Origin: an uncultured Gammaproteobacteria bacterium
Lineage (GTDB): Bacteria > Patescibacteriota > Patescibacteriia > Magasanikbacterales > UBA922
Assembly (NCBI GenBank): GCA_964612105.1
Contig: CAZTEU010000002.1
Location: forward strand, 83,697-147,696
Direction: 5' to 3'
Length of the DNA: 64,000 nucleotides
Part shown: positions 59,365-64,000 of the stretch, one piece after another
Position numbering within the stretch: the stretch's first letter is position 1
Layout: every line of letters starts with the position of its first letter
Notes under the pieces: generated by a model
What the model was told of the DNA's origin: nothing
The model's input: the letters and a program-made list of their open reading frames with translations, nothing else
Databases searched by the model: none
Translations under genes and position numbers: made by a program

Positions 59365-59673
59365 ATGAATTTAGAACATTGTGTACCACTAGTACCAACG
59401 TGTACAAATGAAGTAACTATCCTAGTCGTTGCTATTCTTGGCACGATTCTTTTGATATACTCTCAATTTGTGGAAGCAGAGCATCGCAGAGATGTTATTC
59501 GCATGCTTGGAGCTGCAGGTCTTTTTGTTTATTCATACTTTGTTGCAGATAAAATATTTATGGTAGCTTCTGCTGGTATTTTTCTTGCAGCACTAGTTGA
59601 GTTCATAGAAATATTGCTTGGATTACACAGACACAAGAGAGAAGATATAACTAGATATAAAAAAATGAAATAA
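59365..59673 (+). CDS. hypothetical small membrane protein
   Basis: 102 aa, three hydrophobic helices. Confidence 0.35.
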   Translation: MNLEHCVPLVPTCTNEVTILVVAILGTILLIYSQFVEAEHRRDVIRMLGAAGLFVYSYFVADKIFMVASAGIFLAALVEFIEILLGLHRHKREDITRYKKMK

Positions 59674-59674
59674 T

Positions 59675-60646
59675 ATGTTGGATATTGTAACAATAGGTGA
59701 TGCATTAATGGATATATTTCTTGTGCTGGACGAGTCAGATGCTAATTGTGTAATTAATAAGAAATCAAAGAAGTTGTGTTTTGAGTATGCAGATAAGATA
59801 TGTATACAGCATTCTACACACGCTGTTGGAGGAAACGCAGCAAACGTTGCGATTGGCACAAAGAAATTAGGGTTGGATTCTGCAATTATGACAGAGCTTG
59901 GAGATGATATTAATGGGCAAGTTGTCTTTAATAAGTTCAAAGAGCGTGGAGTAGATACCCGCATGATAAAAATACACAAAGGAAAGGAAACGAGGTACTC
60001 AGTGGTATTAAATTACGACGCGGAACGCACAATACTTAGTTATCATGTACCAAGGAAATATAAGCTTGCAAAAATACCTGCAACAAAGTTAATTTACTAC
60101 ACATCACTAGGAAAATCTTTTGAGGGTTTGCAAAACAAGTTGGTTGACTACCTTAAAAAACACAAGTCTACAAAACTTGCTATCAACCCAGGTTCGTATC
60201 AATTTCGTAATGGGCTTAAAAAGATAAAAGAAATAATACCAATGGCAGATATTCTTATTGTAAATAAAGAAGAGGCGGGAAAGCTTCTCGGAAAGAAGGC
60301 TCAATCAAAACAATGTGCAAAAGCATTAAATAAAATGGGTGCAAAGATTGCTGTAGTCACAGACGGAATGGATGGATCATATGCATCAGATGGAATAAAC
60401 CTTTGGCACCTAAAACCATACCCAATTAAACCTGTAGCAAAGACAGGTGCTGGAGACGCATATACAAGTGGCTTTTTGTCTGCAATAATTGCAGGAAAAG
60501 ACATACAAGAGGCTATGCAGTGGGGCACAGCCAACGCTGGAAGTACTGTTTTACAGTTTGGGGCGCAGAAGGGGTTGGCTTCTCGTGCAGGGGTACGGAA
60601 AATCATACAAAAGTACAAGAATAACAAGCCAAAAAAACTCACTTGA
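59675..60646 (+). CDS. PfkB-family carbohydrate/nucleoside kinase
   Basis: GGNAANVAIG (PfkB motif 1) and GAGDAYTSGFL (motif 2). Confidence 0.8.
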   Translation: MLDIVTIGDALMDIFLVLDESDANCVINKKSKKLCFEYADKICIQHSTHAVGGNAANVAIGTKKLGLDSAIMTELGDDINGQVVFNKFKERGVDTRMIKIHKGKETRYSVVLNYDAERTILSYHVPRKYKLAKIPATKLIYYTSLGKSFEGLQNKLVDYLKKHKSTKLAINPGSYQFRNGLKKIKEIIPMADILIVNKEEAGKLLGKKAQSKQCAKALNKMGAKIAVVTDGMDGSYASDGINLWHLKPYPIKPVAKTGAGDAYTSGFLSAIIAGKDIQEAMQWGTANAGSTVLQFGAQKGLASRAGVRKIIQKYKNNKPKKLT

Positions 60647-60725
60647 CAAATCCTAGAACACCCTCTAGGGTTTTTTAATACTCGTTTGACAGTTACCCCA
60701 AAAGACAAATATACTACTCACATAT

Positions 60726-62123
60726 ATGTCAAAAACAACAAAAAAAGCAAAGCAGGTGGTAAAAAGGACTGTGCAGACAGTCGTCCCAATCACCTTAGTT
60801 GGTAAGCTATACGATCAGGTGGTTCGTACGGTAACTACATCCAGTGGGAAGGATAATCGCAACATCATATTATACGTCGGTGTGGTATATAACCACATGA
60901 TAGACGCTGTAAAGCAATACCAGAGACTTAAGAAAAAGAAGTATAGGATTGCGCTGTTGCACGACAGCAGACAAAAGCTAGATAAATACACGCAGGCTGC
61001 ACTAGAACGGGTAGACATTGTGCTCTCTTGTGATACAAAAGACCACATTGCTGTGCAAAAAACCCTTCTTCCCTACACAAACGAATTGCTGGCTGTTACC
61101 TGTCGCTCAGAGAAAAACATACCTGTCCTTTCTCGTGTAATACCTAATGTTCCCTTTCTCAGAACACCCACAACAGACTCTCTTCGTTGGTCATCCGATA
61201 AAATTAGCATGAGACAAAGGCTTAGGAATTATGATGAAAATATTGCGCCTCATTTTGCTGTCATATCAGACTTATCTAAAGAAGCAATAAAAAAGGTGGA
61301 AGAAAATGTAGGATACCCGCTTATCGTTAAGCCGGCCGGTCTTGCAGAAAGTATTTTGGTTTCTATCTGTTACCATCGTGAAGAGTTGCAGGAAGTTCTG
61401 GGAAAGGTGTTTAAAAGAATGGAAAACTTATACAAGAAAAATCATTTCCATCATGAACCAGAAGTTTTAGTGGAACAGTTTATGGAAGGGGAAATGTATT
61501 CTGTAGATGCATATGTAAGTGGAACAGGTAAGATATTTTTCTGCCCAATTGTTTATATAAAAACAGGGAAACAAATTGGATTTGATGACTTTTTCGGATA
61601 TTTCCAAGTCACCCCAACACTTCTTAACAATGAAAGCATAAAAGAGGCTAAGTTGTCCGCAACACAGGCTATATATGCACTGGGAATGAGAAATACTACT
61701 GCTCATATAGAGATGCTAAAGACGGAGCAGGGTTGGAAGATTATTGAGGCAGGAGCAAGAGTTGGTGGTTTCCGACACATGCTATACGAGTTTTCCTATG
61801 GAATAAATCACACAGCAAATGATGTGGCAATTCGTTTGCAAGAAAAGCCTATTATTCCAAAATCATTAAAGGGGTACACCTCTGCAATGAAGTTCTATGC
61901 AAAGAAAGAAGGAAAACTAACATCTGTCGTTGGAATAAAAAAGGCGCAAGAGTTGAAGTCATTTAAAAAACTTTACATAAATAAAAAGATTGGAGATCCT
62001 TGTAAGTTTGCAAAGCACGGAGGCGTAAGTGTGTTTAACGTAATAATGCACAACAAGGACAGGTCTGAGTTGCTTGCAGATGTAAGAAGGCTCGAGCAGA
62101 TGATAAGGATAGATACAGAATAA
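60726..62123 (+). CDS. ATP-grasp domain protein
   Basis: GYPLIVKPAGLAESILVSICYHREELQEVL and downstream E..Y..D motif typical of ATP-grasp ligases. Confidence 0.55.
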   Translation: MSKTTKKAKQVVKRTVQTVVPITLVGKLYDQVVRTVTTSSGKDNRNIILYVGVVYNHMIDAVKQYQRLKKKKYRIALLHDSRQKLDKYTQAALERVDIVLSCDTKDHIAVQKTLLPYTNELLAVTCRSEKNIPVLSRVIPNVPFLRTPTTDSLRWSSDKISMRQRLRNYDENIAPHFAVISDLSKEAIKKVEENVGYPLIVKPAGLAESILVSICYHREELQEVLGKVFKRMENLYKKNHFHHEPEVLVEQFMEGEMYSVDAYVSGTGKIFFCPIVYIKTGKQIGFDDFFGYFQVTPTLLNNESIKEAKLSATQAIYALGMRNTTAHIEMLKTEQGWKIIEAGARVGGFRHMLYEFSYGINHTANDVAIRLQEKPIIPKSLKGYTSAMKFYAKKEGKLTSVVGIKKAQELKSFKKLYINKKIGDPCKFAKHGGVSVFNVIMHNKDRSELLADVRRLEQMIRIDTE

Positions 62124-62126
62124 ACA

Positions 62127-62160
62127 ATAAAAAAACACGGTACGCTTGTACTGTGTTTTT
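62127..62160. terminator. bidirectional terminator
   Basis: aaaaaaACACGGTACgcttGTACTGTGTtttta between convergent genes. Confidence 0.5.
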
Positions 62161-62164
62161 ATTT

Positions 62165-62680
62165 CTAGGCTAGTTTCTCTGCTATTTTCCTACCAAACTC
62201 TTCTGCCGAACTTGGTCCGTTTGCTGTTATTAGGTTTCCATCAACCACAACCGGTTCTGGAATATATATCGCTTCATTCTCGTCTGCAATATCTTTTAAC
62301 TGCTCATCTCCATCCCAACCTGTAATCTTCTTTCCTTTCGTTATTCCAGAATGAGCAAGTATACGAGGGGAAATACATATAGCACCAAATACCTTCCCGC
62401 TATTACTCCATTCTTTTAATACATCATAAGTTGCACTGTTGTCTAAGTGGTCTACAGCACCAGGTCCTCCGATTAGGAAAAAGGCGTCTGATTTATCTGG
62501 TGTGGACTCAAAAACAAGTAAATCCACTTCTGTAGTGGAGTTATCTGAACCCGTTGCAAATCCCTCACCATCACTTGCCGTAATAACTTCATGCCCTTCA
62601 TTTTCTAATATCTGTTTTGGTATTCCGTACTCGATTGGCTGATATCCAGTATATGCAACAGCTAAAATTACTTTCGCCAT
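62165..62680 (-). CDS. DJ-1/PfpI family protein
   Basis: GAICISPRILAHSG nucleophile-elbow Cys and class I glutamine-amidotransferase-like fold pattern. Confidence 0.8.
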   Translation of the reverse strand: MAKVILAVAYTGYQPIEYGIPKQILENEGHEVITASDGEGFATGSDNSTTEVDLLVFESTPDKSDAFFLIGGPGAVDHLDNSATYDVLKEWSNSGKVFGAICISPRILAHSGITKGKKITGWDGDEQLKDIADENEAIYIPEPVVVDGNLITANGPSSAEEFGRKIAEKLA

Positions 62681-62684
62681 ATCT

Positions 62685-63410
62685 TTATTTCTTGCTTGTA
62701 TGATTTACTCTCTTTTTGAGGTGTTCTTTTCTTCCTGTAAAATGCTCGGAGGCACTACAAAGAGCCTCGTAGCTTAGTTCTGGTCCTAGGGCACACATGC
62801 CGAGTTCGAAAGCGCGCACGTGATCACGTATTTCTGACGCTAATTGAGGGTGTTCTTGTTCTGCATCTGCCATTATACGCAAGCTTTCTAGACGGTGCTC
62901 TAAATCTTCTAATATGTCTGAGAAGTCTAGTACTTTTTCTACAAACTTTTTTTGTTTTGTGCTGTTAATTGCTTGGGCTGTATTGCTACGAAGCTCGTTT
63001 GCTAGATCTACTAGCACTTCGCAAAGCTCTGCCCTCTCTTTGCTATCAAAAAAATCTATCTTTCTTCCTGTATGCAAATCTCGCATGGTTCCACCACTCT
63101 TCTTAAAATCATGAAACTTCTTTTTCATCTTTCCAGATAACTTTCCTTCTAGAAATTTCTCACCAACCTTGCCCTCCTGAAGTGTAAGAAGTTCTATATA
63201 TGCTTTCCTGTAAGGCCAGACCTTCTTTCCAAAAACAATCATTGTTTCTTCTAATTCTTCCAAAGGAAGTGACAGATCATTTTCTATCTGCTCTAATGCC
63301 TGTGACATTTCCTTACGAATATCTTCTGGCACAATAGGACTAACAAAATCAGAAAGTTGTTTAAAAATAGAAAGCGTGTGTTGTATTGTCTCTTTATGCA
63401 TATAATGCAT
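62685..63410 (-). CDS. hypothetical protein
   Basis: 241-aa ORF, helical, no family recognised. Confidence 0.4.
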   Translation of the reverse strand: MHYMHKETIQHTLSIFKQLSDFVSPIVPEDIRKEMSQALEQIENDLSLPLEELEETMIVFGKKVWPYRKAYIELLTLQEGKVGEKFLEGKLSGKMKKKFHDFKKSGGTMRDLHTGRKIDFFDSKERAELCEVLVDLANELRSNTAQAINSTKQKKFVEKVLDFSDILEDLEHRLESLRIMADAEQEHPQLASEIRDHVRAFELGMCALGPELSYEALCSASEHFTGRKEHLKKRVNHTSKK

Positions 63411-63871
63411 TATACCAAAACCTGGCGAGCAATGGTATCCATAGCTATTCCTCCTGCTACAGAAACATTGAGACTTTCCTTTTTACCTCTCATTGGTATA
63501 TGAACCACCTTGTCTACCTTTTTTAGTGTTTCTAGGTCTAACCCATCCACCTCATTACCCACAATTAGCGCAATAGGGGCCTTAAAATCAACTGTATTTA
63601 TATCTTCACTAGAATCCGTCTTCTCCAGCGCAATTACGCTTATACCTCCATTTTTTAGCTCTTCAATGAGTTGTGGCAGGTCTTCTTTCGCTTCCCACGG
63701 TACCCAAGTTTCTGCACCTAGAGAAACCTTATCTATCTGCACCTTTGGTGGATGTGCGGTGTACCCAACCAAGTATAGTTTTTCAAAGCCCGTAGCATCT
63801 GCAGTCCTAAACATAGCACCAACATTGTGGCAAGAACGTATATTTGGGAGTATTAATGATAATTTTTCCAT
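63410..63871 (-). CDS. SpoU/TrmH-family RNA 2'-O-methyltransferase
   Basis: SPOUT motifs (NVGAMFRTADATG, LIVGNEVDGL, NVSVAGGIAM). Confidence 0.8.
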   Translation of the reverse strand: MEKLSLILPNIRSCHNVGAMFRTADATGFEKLYLVGYTAHPPKVQIDKVSLGAETWVPWEAKEDLPQLIEELKNGGISVIALEKTDSSEDINTVDFKAPIALIVGNEVDGLDLETLKKVDKVVHIPMRGKKESLNVSVAGGIAMDTIARQVLV

Positions 63872-64000
63872 ATGTAATACTCTAACCTACGAACAAATAA
63901 AAAACAACCCTGTTACGGGTTGTTTTTGTTTATCTTGTTGAGGGCTTGTTTCTGTCTGCCTCCTTGTATATAGGGTCTATTATATCTGTAGATCCTCTAA

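Overview
The window is an AT-rich (~38% GC), gene-dense bacterial chromosome segment with a streamlined CPR/Patescibacteria-like housekeeping repertoire: prfA-prmC, secG, L31, L25, SEDS FtsW/RodA, gyrB and gyrA, a secE-nusG-rplK-rplA operon, a thymidylate-synthesis cluster (dCMP deaminase, kinase, dut, thyA, folA, tmk), gatB, miaA, thrS with a T-box leader, pilB, ftsH, rpsA, ruvA, pepA, ileS, rpiB-rpe-trxB, and a RelE/ParE TA pair. Host genes use near-consensus sigma70 promoters (TTGACA-N17-TATAAT) and generally lack Shine-Dalgarno sequences; several look leaderless. Five compositionally foreign GC-rich islands (~48-60% GC) sit in intergenic positions at ~4.0-4.78 kb, 7.5-10.35 kb, 15.7-16.8 kb, 39.2-40.3 kb and 50.4-55.05 kb. 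Their genes use GC3-rich codons and strong GGAGG ribosome-binding sites. They include a Cys-rich-repeat lipoprotein, a second lipoprotein, an MTAP-like purine nucleoside phosphorylase, a UPRT-like phosphoribosyltransferase and several proteins I cannot place in any family. Most island entrances and two GC-rich non-coding transcripts share one promoter module: a palindromic GGCTAAWWTWAGCC-like element upstream of TTGACA-N17-TAnnnT. Island I carries a ~75-bp palindrome-containing repeat immediately 3' of each of its two genes. A two-copy family of small basic proteins sits as mini-cassettes 18-22 nt after the stop codons of gyrB and pepA, each with the same SD leader and a conserved 3' stem-loop. 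No CRISPR array, rRNA or tRNA was recognised.
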